A stretch of DNA of 64,000 bases from Bacteroidota bacterium (GTDB lineage: Bacteria; Bacteroidota; Bacteroidia; Bacteroidales; VadinHA17), in contig JADFQJ010000003.1 in NCBI GenBank assembly GCA_022561875.1, forward strand, positions 56,397 to 120,396. Reading direction: 5' to 3'. The first letter of the stretch is position 1; each line of letters starts with the position of its first letter. The notes below the pieces were generated by a model. It did no database searches. It worked only from the letters and a program-made list of their open reading frames with translations, and was not told the origin of the DNA. Below are positions 16,347 to 25,773 of the stretch, one piece after another. The translations under genes and the position numbers were made by a program.

Positions 16347-17723
16347 ATGGAAGCTTCAGAAATACAATCATTAATAAAAAATCAAAGGAAATTTTTCCTG
16401 TCTCAGGAAACAAAAAACATTGATTTCAGGATCAATAATCTGAAGAAATTACTGAAAACTGTACAAGCTTATGAAAACCGTATATGTAAAGCATTATACC
16501 TTGATATGCATAAGCCGGAATTCGAAGCTTATACGGAAGTGGGTCTTGTTATTCAGGAATTAAAATTACATATCCGGAAACTTAAAAAATGGGCTAAACC
16601 GAAAAGAGTCAGAACACCGTTGGTCCATTTTTTATCCAAAAGCTATTATTATCCTGAACCATATGGGAGAGTATTGATCTTTTCTCCGTGGAACTATCCG
16701 TTCCAGTTATTGATGATCCCTCTTATAGGCGCGATATCAGCAGGGAATTGTGCTTTGTTAAAAGCTTCACGAAGAGCGCCGCATACAGCCGATGTGATAA
16801 ACGAAATTACAAGCTCAAATTTTGATCCCGGCTATATAGCTTTCATAAAAGGAGGCAATGAAATTAACCGTGTGCTTCTTGAGTCGAAATTCGATTATAT
16901 CTTTTTTACGGGAAGTGTCAGGGTAGGCAAAAGGATTATGGAAGCCGCCTCGAAAAACCTAACTCCTGTTTCTCTTGAGCTGGGAGGGAAAAATCCCTGT
17001 ATAGTATGTAAAGATGCTGATATTGATATGGCTGCGAAAAGAATTACCTGGAGTAAATTCTATAATGCGGGACAAACATGTGTTGCCCCCGATTATTTAT
17101 TGGTGCAAAAGGATATTAAAGAGAAATTGCTTAATAAAATTAAATTTTTTATTGCTGAATTCTATGGGAAAAAGCCCTCGGAAAGCCCGGATTATGCAAG
17201 AATAATTAACGCAGCTAATGTTGAAAGACTGGAGAGATTAATGAGATCAGGAAATATTATCAGCGGGGGGAACACTAATATTTCGGAAAATTATGTCGCA
17301 CCAACACTTATCGACAATGTGAACCCCGGAGATCTGATTATGCAGGAAGAAATTTTCGGACCCATTTTGCCTGTTATTGAATATAACAATATTGATGAAA
17401 TTTTCCCGCTGATAAACAATAATCCCAAACCGCTATCATTATATATCTTCTCGAAAAGCCGGAAACTCCAAAAATATATTCTTAGCAGAACCTCTTCAGG
17501 TAACGGTGCTATAAACGATGCTGTTATCCAGTTCAGTAATCCATATTTACCCTATGGAGGAGTTGGTGAAAGCGGCATGGGAAGGTATCATGGGAAAAGT
17601 ACATTTGACACTTTTTCAAACTATAGGGCAATCATGAAAAAATCAAACCTTCTTGATATTTCCCTCAGGTATCCTCCCTATACAAAAAGGAAAACTAAAA
17701 TTCTTAAAAAATTCCTTGGTTAA
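16347..17723 (+). CDS. NAD(P)-dependent aldehyde dehydrogenase (class 3 / fatty aldehyde type)
   Basis: ELGGKNP catalytic Glu motif, YNAGQTCVAPDY catalytic Cys motif, EEIFGPILPV. Confidence 0.9.
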   Translation: MEASEIQSLIKNQRKFFLSQETKNIDFRINNLKKLLKTVQAYENRICKALYLDMHKPEFEAYTEVGLVIQELKLHIRKLKKWAKPKRVRTPLVHFLSKSYYYPEPYGRVLIFSPWNYPFQLLMIPLIGAISAGNCALLKASRRAPHTADVINEITSSNFDPGYIAFIKGGNEINRVLLESKFDYIFFTGSVRVGKRIMEAASKNLTPVSLELGGKNPCIVCKDADIDMAAKRITWSKFYNAGQTCVAPDYLLVQKDIKEKLLNKIKFFIAEFYGKKPSESPDYARIINAANVERLERLMRSGNIISGGNTNISENYVAPTLIDNVNPGDLIMQEEIFGPILPVIEYNNIDEIFPLINNNPKPLSLYIFSKSRKLQKYILSRTSSGNGAINDAVIQFSNPYLPYGGVGESGMGRYHGKSTFDTFSNYRAIMKKSNLLDISLRYPPYTKRKTKILKKFLG

Positions 17724-17790
17724 CATGAGTACAATGATCCTTCATGATCGTTGCTTCCACAAAATTAATTCAAAGGAAATTAATAAAAAT

Positions 17791-18042
17791 AGCACCATGC
17801 TTCAGCATGGTGTTCTGAGGCAGGTATGCGATTGAAATAGTGCGCTTTAGCGTACTTTTTCCATGGAATTAGTCCTTATTTAAATCTGAATGTGAATTGT
17901 TGTTTACCAAATCAGGTATATAAGGTTCATATGTGAATAAAATTATATGTTAGTTGTTGTCGTTTTTTGAATTTGAAAGTCAGCTGAAGCTGACTAATAT
18001 ATTTTTGCAACTTGCTTATTTACATCATACTGAAGTATGGTG
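17791..18042. repeat. cluster of four tetraloop hairpins, the two outer ones being inverted copies of one another
   Basis: 17791-17814 (CACCATGC-TTCA-GCATGGTG core), 17839-17856, 17978-17995 (AGTCAGC-TGAA-GCTGACT) and 18023-18042 (CATCATAC-TGAA-GTATGGTG). Confidence 0.75.
17839..17861 (+). terminator. candidate rho-independent terminator after the aldehyde dehydrogenase gene
   Basis: AGTGCGC-TTTA-GCGTACT stem-loop (7 bp, one G-T pair) followed by TTTTT. Confidence 0.4.
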
Positions 18043-18121
18043 CTGGTTTTATAAATAACTGTTTCTATGATAATCGGCGCACTCCGGCAGGTCCGTAATT
18101 TAAGTTAATATGTTTGCCAGA

Positions 18122-21016
18122 CTAATACTTATTCCGGTTTATAGCAAATCCAAAAATGTTCATCTCAAACAGGAATTTTATTTCATAGGCATCTATATAT
18201 GGCATATATGCATATTCTATCCCCATGCTAACGGGAAATGGAATACGTAAGAAATGAACATCCGCCATCAAACCACCTCCAATAGACAAATATTCCTGAC
18301 GGTACTTATTAAAAGTTCTGTTTAGCAGGTCATGATTTCGTTTTCCGGCAGCATAATCCAGAAAAATACTTCCTCTGAATCGCTTCAGATAAGCCAATGT
18401 AAACAGGTTAAGATCAGGATATAAAAGAGGAACAGAATACTCAGCTGTGAAAGCATTCAACTCCTCGGAAATTGTGTGGTAATACCCCCTGGGGAAATTA
18501 AGGGTGTTGTAAAAAAAAAACTTTTTTGGGTTTTGCTTTTCTGTTCCGATTTTTAATTTTAATCCGTCATGTCTTAGAAACCCGGGAAAATAAAACACTG
18601 ACCGGAATAAAAAATCATTACCATAGTTCACCTGATCAAAGGGAGTATGCAGGAAATTCATATCAAATACCTGTCCCCAGCGTGGCTGAAAATCCCGATG
18701 CGATAATTTTAGCAGGTTGGAATAGTACAAACGATAATTCAGAAGCATCCGGCCTTTTTCGTAAACCTGCTTTTCACCGTTATATAAAAAACTGTTGGTG
18801 TATTTTACTCCGAAAGAAGGATTGAAAAATTTACTGAAGCGATTATGAGTTAAATTCAGGGGTAAGTAAATCTTTGACCTGAGATCAATTCTTTTTGAAT
18901 AATTTTCGGGAAGCGGGATTTCAACCGAATCCCGGAAGATCACAGGTGTCCCGCCATAGTCTGCCGAAAGCTCAATAACCGGATACCATCCTTTATAGGT
19001 GAGTTTTGAATGCAGATAGTGCCGGTTATTCTTGTATTCATATCCGAGGGTTGTAATTGTGGTGCTTAGATTATCCTGGCTGAGCAGGGTAAATCCGGGC
19101 GAGATAGCCGGATCTGTGAGATTAAAATTATCAAGATCAAAATAGAAGGGCATCCAGCTATGGAAATTCAGCAGATGCAATCCTTTATGATAAGTAGTAA
19201 TATTGTGTTCGGTTTCAGGGATACTGTCCGGATTAAATATGAATCTCCCCTTTTTTGAAGGCGTTTTGTAAAACCCGGATGCTTTCTTGTCTGAAAAGAG
19301 GTACGGATCAGGTAATTTATCAGGATCAAAAACCATTTCGCCAATATTGTACCCGTATGATGAGTAATCAGAGAATGCGATGCGGGACCTGTCAGGCGAA
19401 ACTGACACATCGAATGCACCAAATCTCGAAGATGTGATCTGATGTGTCTCCATAGTATTCTTGTTGAGAGCATAAATATTGTCTGTCCCGGAAAAGGTAG
19501 CGTGAAAAAGAATATAATCCTCAAGGGGAACAATATTCATAATGTCATCAAATCCCGGTTCTGTCCATGTTTTCCATGTTTGAGATTCAGGATCAACTTC
19601 GCGAATGCTTTTGCCATTTTTAGATATTACAATAATATAAATATGTCCGTCGCTTTCCGACCAGGTTGGAATTAATGGGGTTAAGCCCTTTGATATTTCG
19701 ATTTTTTGAATAGTTCTCCCGTATTGTGTATCCAAAATAACAAGTGACGCATCGTTTTCTTTGCTTATCTCAACTGTAACGATCTTTTTCCCATCAGATG
19801 ATATTGCAGGGCTGAAGTACCTGTTTCTGTTGGTAAGCCTGGTTTCAGTGGAGGTAGTAAGGTCAAATATTTTAATATCGGAATAACTACGGTTTCCCCA
19901 TCTGGGGTCCGGTATATTTTCCGACCAAACGATCTTGTTTGCTCCTGCTGAAAGTCTGACAGATTTATAATATCCGGGCTTATGCAATGTTTTTTCTTCT
20001 CCGGTTCGGAGATTTATAGTAACAAATTCTTTAATATGATCAAATCCTGATTTTTCAGCAATAATTATACTGTCATTGAGATATTGCGGGAAACGGTAAC
20101 TTGTGTATGACCTGGGCTTTGATTTGTTTATTGTGTCAAATTCAGTAAAACGGATATGAGATTCCTGTTTTTCCCACTTTTCGTGGAGATAGTTAAAGGT
20201 TTCATTATAAAGATCTTTGTTTAAAAGTCCGGTTTGTTTTTTCAAACTGAATTGTAAAGGATACAGGGTGTAAGGATTTCTTCCAACGAAGTTAATGGAA
20301 CTATCCCATAAACTATCCCCGAATTTTTGTCTCGAATAAGCAATCATCTGATAACCGTATTGATAATAGTCGGGAGTATAGTTTTTAAAAGATTCAAAGA
20401 ACATTTTATCATAGCTATAGAATTGATCTTTTTCAAGCGAAATCGCCTTTAATTTCATTTCGAATGAAGGCAAGCTGCCTCTGCCCGACCGGCTTAAGAA
20501 TGTCTCGCTTACTACCGCATCACCCTCAAGGAACCAGAATGGAAGCATGCCGGAAACACCCCCAACAGCCTGTTCTCCGAGAATATACGAGAAAAAACGG
20601 GTAAAACCCTGGTTCAGCTTATCAACCTGGACAACATGCCTCAATTCATGAAGAACCAGCTGTTCAAGAGACTCCTGGTGATAGGAACCCGGATCGGGAA
20701 CAGGGTACAACTCTATTCTTTTCGGAGCCCATGAAACAAATCCGTTTGACACGATAGAATGATTATGAACGATAACAGGAATTTTGGAGGGCTGATGTCC
20801 GAGTTGTTCAGATACATGTTTGAAGGAATATTCGAGAATATTTGTTAATCTTTGTGCCTCTTTTGAATAACTTTCAGGAAACAGGAGGTGAAAATGCTCT
20901 GTATTAATTTCTTTCCAATGGATTGAGGCCGGATCCTGACCTTTTACATAATATTGAGCTTGTAATGCTCCTGCCGTGAAAAAGGATATAAGAAGAAGGG
21001 GGATAAAATTTTTCAT
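18122..21016 (-). CDS. large secreted protein with an HExxH metalloprotease-like motif, TolB/PD40-like beta-propeller repeats and a probable C-terminal beta-barrel
   Basis: Signal peptide (FFTAGALQAQ), LVLHELRHVVQ motif, repeats such as SPAISSDGKKIV and VSVSPDRSRIAF, C-terminal residue Tyr. Confidence 0.55.
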   Translation of the reverse strand: MKNFIPLLLISFFTAGALQAQYYVKGQDPASIHWKEINTEHFHLLFPESYSKEAQRLTNILEYSFKHVSEQLGHQPSKIPVIVHNHSIVSNGFVSWAPKRIELYPVPDPGSYHQESLEQLVLHELRHVVQVDKLNQGFTRFFSYILGEQAVGGVSGMLPFWFLEGDAVVSETFLSRSGRGSLPSFEMKLKAISLEKDQFYSYDKMFFESFKNYTPDYYQYGYQMIAYSRQKFGDSLWDSSINFVGRNPYTLYPLQFSLKKQTGLLNKDLYNETFNYLHEKWEKQESHIRFTEFDTINKSKPRSYTSYRFPQYLNDSIIIAEKSGFDHIKEFVTINLRTGEEKTLHKPGYYKSVRLSAGANKIVWSENIPDPRWGNRSYSDIKIFDLTTSTETRLTNRNRYFSPAISSDGKKIVTVEISKENDASLVILDTQYGRTIQKIEISKGLTPLIPTWSESDGHIYIIVISKNGKSIREVDPESQTWKTWTEPGFDDIMNIVPLEDYILFHATFSGTDNIYALNKNTMETHQITSSRFGAFDVSVSPDRSRIAFSDYSSYGYNIGEMVFDPDKLPDPYLFSDKKASGFYKTPSKKGRFIFNPDSIPETEHNITTYHKGLHLLNFHSWMPFYFDLDNFNLTDPAISPGFTLLSQDNLSTTITTLGYEYKNNRHYLHSKLTYKGWYPVIELSADYGGTPVIFRDSVEIPLPENYSKRIDLRSKIYLPLNLTHNRFSKFFNPSFGVKYTNSFLYNGEKQVYEKGRMLLNYRLYYSNLLKLSHRDFQPRWGQVFDMNFLHTPFDQVNYGNDFLFRSVFYFPGFLRHDGLKLKIGTEKQNPKKFFFYNTLNFPRGYYHTISEELNAFTAEYSVPLLYPDLNLFTLAYLKRFRGSIFLDYAAGKRNHDLLNRTFNKYRQEYLSIGGGLMADVHFLRIPFPVSMGIEYAYMPYIDAYEIKFLFEMNIFGFAINRNKY

Positions 21017-21180
21017 TGATACTGACGATAAAAATTTCTCACAAAAATAGTAAATTCAGATTTTATAAAAGATGCATAGAGAAAAAGTATTAAATTCGCT
21101 GACAGAATTTGCGATTTTATTTTGCGTAACTAATTATTACTTAAAGTGAAATAAAGTTAAGTAATGCGAGTAAGGAGGAA

Positions 21181-21314
21181 GAATGAGTTCAAGGTTCAAA
21201 GTTCAAGGGTGAAACAGGGTTCTGGGAGCTGGTTTCACGACTCACGATTCTTCAATTTTAGACATTTTAGGCATTTCTTAATTTTAGGCACTTCAAACTT
21301 TAGGCATTTCTTCT
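21181..21314. repeat. mosaic repeat patch (GTTCAAG words, inverted CGTGAGTCGTG module, TTTTAGGCA 16/17-mers)
   Basis: GAGTTCAAGGTTCAAAGTTCAAGG. CACGACTCACGATTCTTCAATTTTA at 21236-21260. ATTTTAGGCATTTCTTA ATTTTAGGCACTTCAA ACTTTAGGCATTTC. Confidence 0.85.
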
Positions 21315-21327
21315 ATAATTACTAAAA

Positions 21328-24300
21328 ATGAAGAACTTCAAAATATATAACAGAACCCTGGGATGGATAACTTTTCTGATAGCCCTGGTTGTTTACCTTA
21401 TGACTATTGAACCAACCACCAGCTTATGGGATTGTGGTGAATTCATTGCTTCGGCTTTTAAACTTGAAGTTGGTCATCCGCCGGGAGCCCCACTTCATAT
21501 GATCATGGCGCGCGTGGCATCTTTGTTTGCCGGCAGTAATGTAGAGAATGCCGCAAAGATGATAAATGCACTGTCGGCCTTCGCAAGCGCCTTTACGATC
21601 ATGTTCCTTTTCTGGACGATAACACATTTGGCTGTTAAAATATTTAACAGGGATAAGGAAATAACCAATGGCAATATGATTGCTATCCTTGCAAGCGGTC
21701 TGGTAGGGGCGCTTGCCTATACTTTTTCCGATACATTCTGGTTCTCAGCTGTTGAAGGAGAAGTATATGGAACTTCTTCACTTTTTACTGCTGTTGTATT
21801 CTGGGCAATTCTGAAATGGGAGAATGTTGCTGATGAGAAATATGCTGACAGATGGCTTATACTCATTGCTTATTTAATGGGATTGTCTATAGGTGTGCAC
21901 CTGCTCAACCTGCTTGCTATTCCGGCAATTGTCCTGGTATATTATTTCAGGAAACACAGTTTCAGTGTAAAAGGATTCACTGTTGTCCTGATGGTTTCTG
22001 TTGTGTTGATAGCTATTATTATGTGGGGTATCATCCCTGGAATTTGTAAAACCTCTTCACAGTTTGAGCTTTTATTTGTAAATACTTTCGGCTTATTTTA
22101 TAATTCAGGGGTTCTGGTACATTTTATATTTTTGGTTTTTTCACTTATTCTTGCCATTTACTATACCCATTTCAGGAAAAAATCAGAAATTGAAACTGCC
22201 GTTTTTTCCATCATTGCAATAACCCTGTTAGGTGTTCCGTTTCTTGGCAGTACGTTTTTCGTAAATCTGGTGTTATGGCTTATTGTATCAGGGGTTGTAT
22301 ATTACCTGGCACATACTAATAAAGTAATACTGAATACCATTTTAACAAGTGCTGCCGTCATTTTGATTGGATACTCCTCTTTTGCAATGATCGTTATCAG
22401 GTCGCAGGCTGACCCTCCGATAGATGAAAACAATCCGGAAAATGTCTTTTCATTGCTTTACTACCTCAACAGGGAACAGTATGGTTCCAGTCCCTTGTTG
22501 TATGGTCAGTATTATAATGCTCCAACTGAAGCAATAGAGAATGGTAAACCCACTTACAGGCCGAGGAACGGTAAATATGAAATAATAAAATACTCTCCGG
22601 AAGTTATTTATGATGATCGTTTTATGACTTTTTTCCCACGAATGTGGAGTCCTCAATCTGACCATAAAGTCCAGTACAGGAAATGGGGGAAGATAAAAGG
22701 GACGCCTGTGAAAATCACCGATGGATCAGGGGAAACGAAAACTATCTATAAACCAACCTTTGTTGAAAATATCAGGTTTTTTATCAATTACCAGGTCGGA
22801 CATATGTACTTGCGTTATTTTATGTGGAATTTCTCCGGACGGCAAAATGATATTCAGGGACATGGAGGTCCGTTAAAAGGGAACTGGCTTACCGGGATCG
22901 ATTTCCTGGATGAGATACGCCTGGGTCCACAGGATGATCTGCCTGAAAGTATGGATACCCCATCCAGGAATGAATATTTGATGTTACCCTTACTGCTTGG
23001 TTTGATGGGATTTTTATACCAGCTTCAGCGGGATAAGAAAAACTCTTTGGTCACATCGCTTCTGTTCCTGATGACAGGTTTAGCTATCGTCATTTATCTC
23101 AACCAATATCCAAATCAGCCACGGGAAAGGGATTATGCATATGCCGGTTCTTTCTATGTTTTTACCATTTGGATTGGGCTGGGTGTTCTGGCTTTTTATG
23201 ATATCCTGAAAAAATATATTCCCGGCAGCGCCGGAGCCATAATAACCGGTTTGGCATGGTTAATACTGGTTCCGGGAATATTGGCACGTGAAAACTGGGA
23301 TGACCACGACCGTTCAGGAAAATATGTTGCAAGAGATATTGCATATAACTATCTGAATTCATGTGCCCCAAATGCCATTCTGTTTACAAATGGCGATAAT
23401 GACACTTTTCCCCTGTGGTATGCGCAGGAAGTTGAAGGGATCCGCACCGATGTTCGTGTCGTGAACATGATGTTGTACAATACGGATTGGTATATCGATC
23501 AGATGAAAAGGAAAGCATATGAGTCTGAAGCACTTCCTCTCTCATTGCCACTGAAAAAATATCAGGATGGTACAAATAACCAGGTATTTATTATTGAACG
23601 GATCGATGAGTTTACAGAAATCGGTAAGATCATTGATTTTGTGAGGAATGATAGCAGAGGAACAAAAATAAGAACCAGGGATAACGAGTGGATCGATTAT
23701 ATTCCGACAAAAAATTTCCGTATTCCTGTTAATAAAGAGAGAGTTCTTTCGAATGGCACTGTTGCTCAGGAAGATGCGGATAAAATTGTACCGCATATTG
23801 ATATAACTATTAACAAAAACTATATTTTGAAAAGCCAGTTGATGCTGATTGATTTTCTTGCTCAGAACGACTGGGATCGCCCTGTGTATTTTGTAACCGG
23901 AGGAACCGAAGATGCCATTGGGTTAGAGGACTATTTTCAGCTTGAAGGATTTGCATACCGCCTGGTTCCAATAAAAACAGAAAAAAGGGGCATAGTTGAT
24001 TATGGTCGTATAAATCAGGATGTTATGTATGATAACCTGATGAATAAATTCAAGTGGGGCAGAATAAACGAACCGGATGTTTACCTGGATTACTATTCAC
24101 GCAGGACATTATTAGTTATGAAGGTGAGGAATAATTTTGTGCGTCTTGCAAAATCCTTAATTTCAGAAGGGAAAAAGGACTCTGCAGTTGTAGTTCTTGA
24201 TCGTTGTGTTGAGCTGATACCAAACGAAAAATTACCCATTGGCATATTTACCACCGGATTGGTTGAAGGTTATTATTTGGCGGGAGCAAAAGAGAAAGCT

Positions 24301-24528
24301 GATAGTCTTGCAGAGGTTTTGTTTTCCATAGTCACTGAAGATCTTGAATTTTATTATGCAATGGGAGTTGAATTTCAGGATGCAATTAGATATGAAAAAA
24401 GTTTATCATTGCAAATTCTTCAGGACCTTCTCAGATTCACAGGCAAATATGAAAAAGGAGAATTACAGAAAAAAGTTGAGCAGGAGTTTGGGAAATATTA
24501 CCAGCTTTACCAGGGTGTTGGAGAATAG
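21328..24528 (+). CDS. DUF2723 domain-containing membrane protein (glycosyltransferase-like, TMEM260-like)
   Basis: 1066 aa. N-terminal signature TTSLWDCGEFIASAFKLEVGHPPGAPL, about 10 or more TM helices, large C-terminal soluble part. Confidence 0.75.
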   Translation: MKNFKIYNRTLGWITFLIALVVYLMTIEPTTSLWDCGEFIASAFKLEVGHPPGAPLHMIMARVASLFAGSNVENAAKMINALSAFASAFTIMFLFWTITHLAVKIFNRDKEITNGNMIAILASGLVGALAYTFSDTFWFSAVEGEVYGTSSLFTAVVFWAILKWENVADEKYADRWLILIAYLMGLSIGVHLLNLLAIPAIVLVYYFRKHSFSVKGFTVVLMVSVVLIAIIMWGIIPGICKTSSQFELLFVNTFGLFYNSGVLVHFIFLVFSLILAIYYTHFRKKSEIETAVFSIIAITLLGVPFLGSTFFVNLVLWLIVSGVVYYLAHTNKVILNTILTSAAVILIGYSSFAMIVIRSQADPPIDENNPENVFSLLYYLNREQYGSSPLLYGQYYNAPTEAIENGKPTYRPRNGKYEIIKYSPEVIYDDRFMTFFPRMWSPQSDHKVQYRKWGKIKGTPVKITDGSGETKTIYKPTFVENIRFFINYQVGHMYLRYFMWNFSGRQNDIQGHGGPLKGNWLTGIDFLDEIRLGPQDDLPESMDTPSRNEYLMLPLLLGLMGFLYQLQRDKKNSLVTSLLFLMTGLAIVIYLNQYPNQPRERDYAYAGSFYVFTIWIGLGVLAFYDILKKYIPGSAGAIITGLAWLILVPGILARENWDDHDRSGKYVARDIAYNYLNSCAPNAILFTNGDNDTFPLWYAQEVEGIRTDVRVVNMMLYNTDWYIDQMKRKAYESEALPLSLPLKKYQDGTNNQVFIIERIDEFTEIGKIIDFVRNDSRGTKIRTRDNEWIDYIPTKNFRIPVNKERVLSNGTVAQEDADKIVPHIDITINKNYILKSQLMLIDFLAQNDWDRPVYFVTGGTEDAIGLEDYFQLEGFAYRLVPIKTEKRGIVDYGRINQDVMYDNLMNKFKWGRINEPDVYLDYYSRRTLLVMKVRNNFVRLAKSLISEGKKDSAVVVLDRCVELIPNEKLPIGIFTTGLVEGYYLAGAKEKADSLAEVLFSIVTEDLEFYYAMGVEFQDAIRYEKSLSLQILQDLLRFTGKYEKGELQKKVEQEFGKYYQLYQGVGE

Positions 24529-24741
24529 CTTATATTATGGTAATCAGACCTTGAGTGATCATCTTGCTTTTGTGCAGTGTGATTCGCTTAATTATTCCAA
24601 ATTAAATTAATTTATCAATACTTTATTATTCAATGCCCGGTTTCTCCCTGATAGTCTCCGGAAGGGCATCCTTATGTGCCATGATATTGATGGTTTTTAA
24701 AAGCACAAATATCTTTCTTTCTCTTCCATATCATCCCGCCC

Positions 24742-24910
24742 TTTTCAGGTACTATTGCAATACCATTTTTTGCACTTGGGAAATCAGCCAACCGGATGAT
24801 CGGCAAATTGGAAGAAGGAAGGTATGAGAAAAAACAGATCAATTGATCTGGTTCTGATGGATATACGTATGTCTGACATGAATGGAATAGAAGCCTTTCA
24901 TGAAATACGA
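24742..24910 (+). pseudogene. decayed response-regulator receiver domain remnant
   Basis: 24842-24910 translates to IDLVLMDIRMSDMNGIEAFHEIR, a classic receiver beta3-alpha3 segment. Upstream similarity (ALGKSANRMIGKLEEGRYEK) lies in another frame, joined across an A6 run at 24831-24836. No intact N- or C-terminus. Confidence 0.45.
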
Positions 24911-24927
24911 ACTTTTATCCTGCAATG

Positions 24928-25374
24928 TTATTTTGATGGATTAGCAGTATATGAATGTTGATTTTCCCGGACCTGGTCTTTCTCAAAAAAGCGTGTGATT
25001 AAATTGAGTAGTTGTTTGGGAAGCAGTGGCTTGAACAGGAATTCATCACACCCTGCCATAAAACACTTTTCCTGAATATCCCTGGAGACATAGGCAGTGA
25101 CAGCAATAACCGGAATATTCTTACGAATCTTTTTTATTTCCCTGGTGGCTTCGATACCGGTAACAAAAGGGACCAAAATATCCATAATTACCAGATCGAT
25201 ATTGTTTGAAGGATTAGTGCAGTAATTGACTGCCTCGCGACCGTCTTTTATCCAGTGGATACTTGCCCGGGTCTTTTTCAGTATAGTTTCGAAATACCGG
25301 AAGTTTGAAACATCGTCTTCTACAATAACAATGTTCTTGTTTTTCCAGTTGAATGAGAGATCAAAATTTCCCAA
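24928..25374 (-). CDS. single-domain response regulator (CheY-like receiver)
   Basis: IVIVEDDV, DLVIMDI, IAVTAY and FKPL supply the acidic pocket, phospho-Asp, Thr and Lys positions. Confidence 0.85.
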   Translation of the reverse strand: MGNFDLSFNWKNKNIVIVEDDVSNFRYFETILKKTRASIHWIKDGREAVNYCTNPSNNIDLVIMDILVPFVTGIEATREIKKIRKNIPVIAVTAYVSRDIQEKCFMAGCDEFLFKPLLPKQLLNLITRFFEKDQVRENQHSYTANPSK

Positions 25375-25773
25375 GACGCTTATTAAATAATTCGATTAAA
25401 TTAAAAAGCTAAGTTATTAAGTTTACCAGAGTAAAAACAGAGTGGCAAAAAATAGTTTTCAACAAATTTATTAACAAATCTGACAATGAATAACTTTATT
25501 GCATATTTATTTTGAATAAGAATCATATAGATGCTCATATAACATAAAATCAACAATATATGGATGATCAATATTAATTGTTGAAAAGTCAGAAGAAGAC
25601 CTGCTTGAAATTGACCGGGGACCAGCAGGAATTATTAAAACCGGCAACAACAAGTTATTATAGATCAGAACATATGTTTCAGAATAATATTGAACAAAAA
25701 ATATTTTCAGGCATTTTTTTAAGAAATACAGAATATTTTATTTTCTTGACGGCTAATTATAAATTAATTCTTT

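Noticed and set aside
24633-24827. 64-aa plus-strand ORF downstream of DUF2723.
   Set aside because: It has no family resemblance as a whole. It overlaps the frames of the decayed receiver-domain remnant and is better read as part of that pseudogene region.
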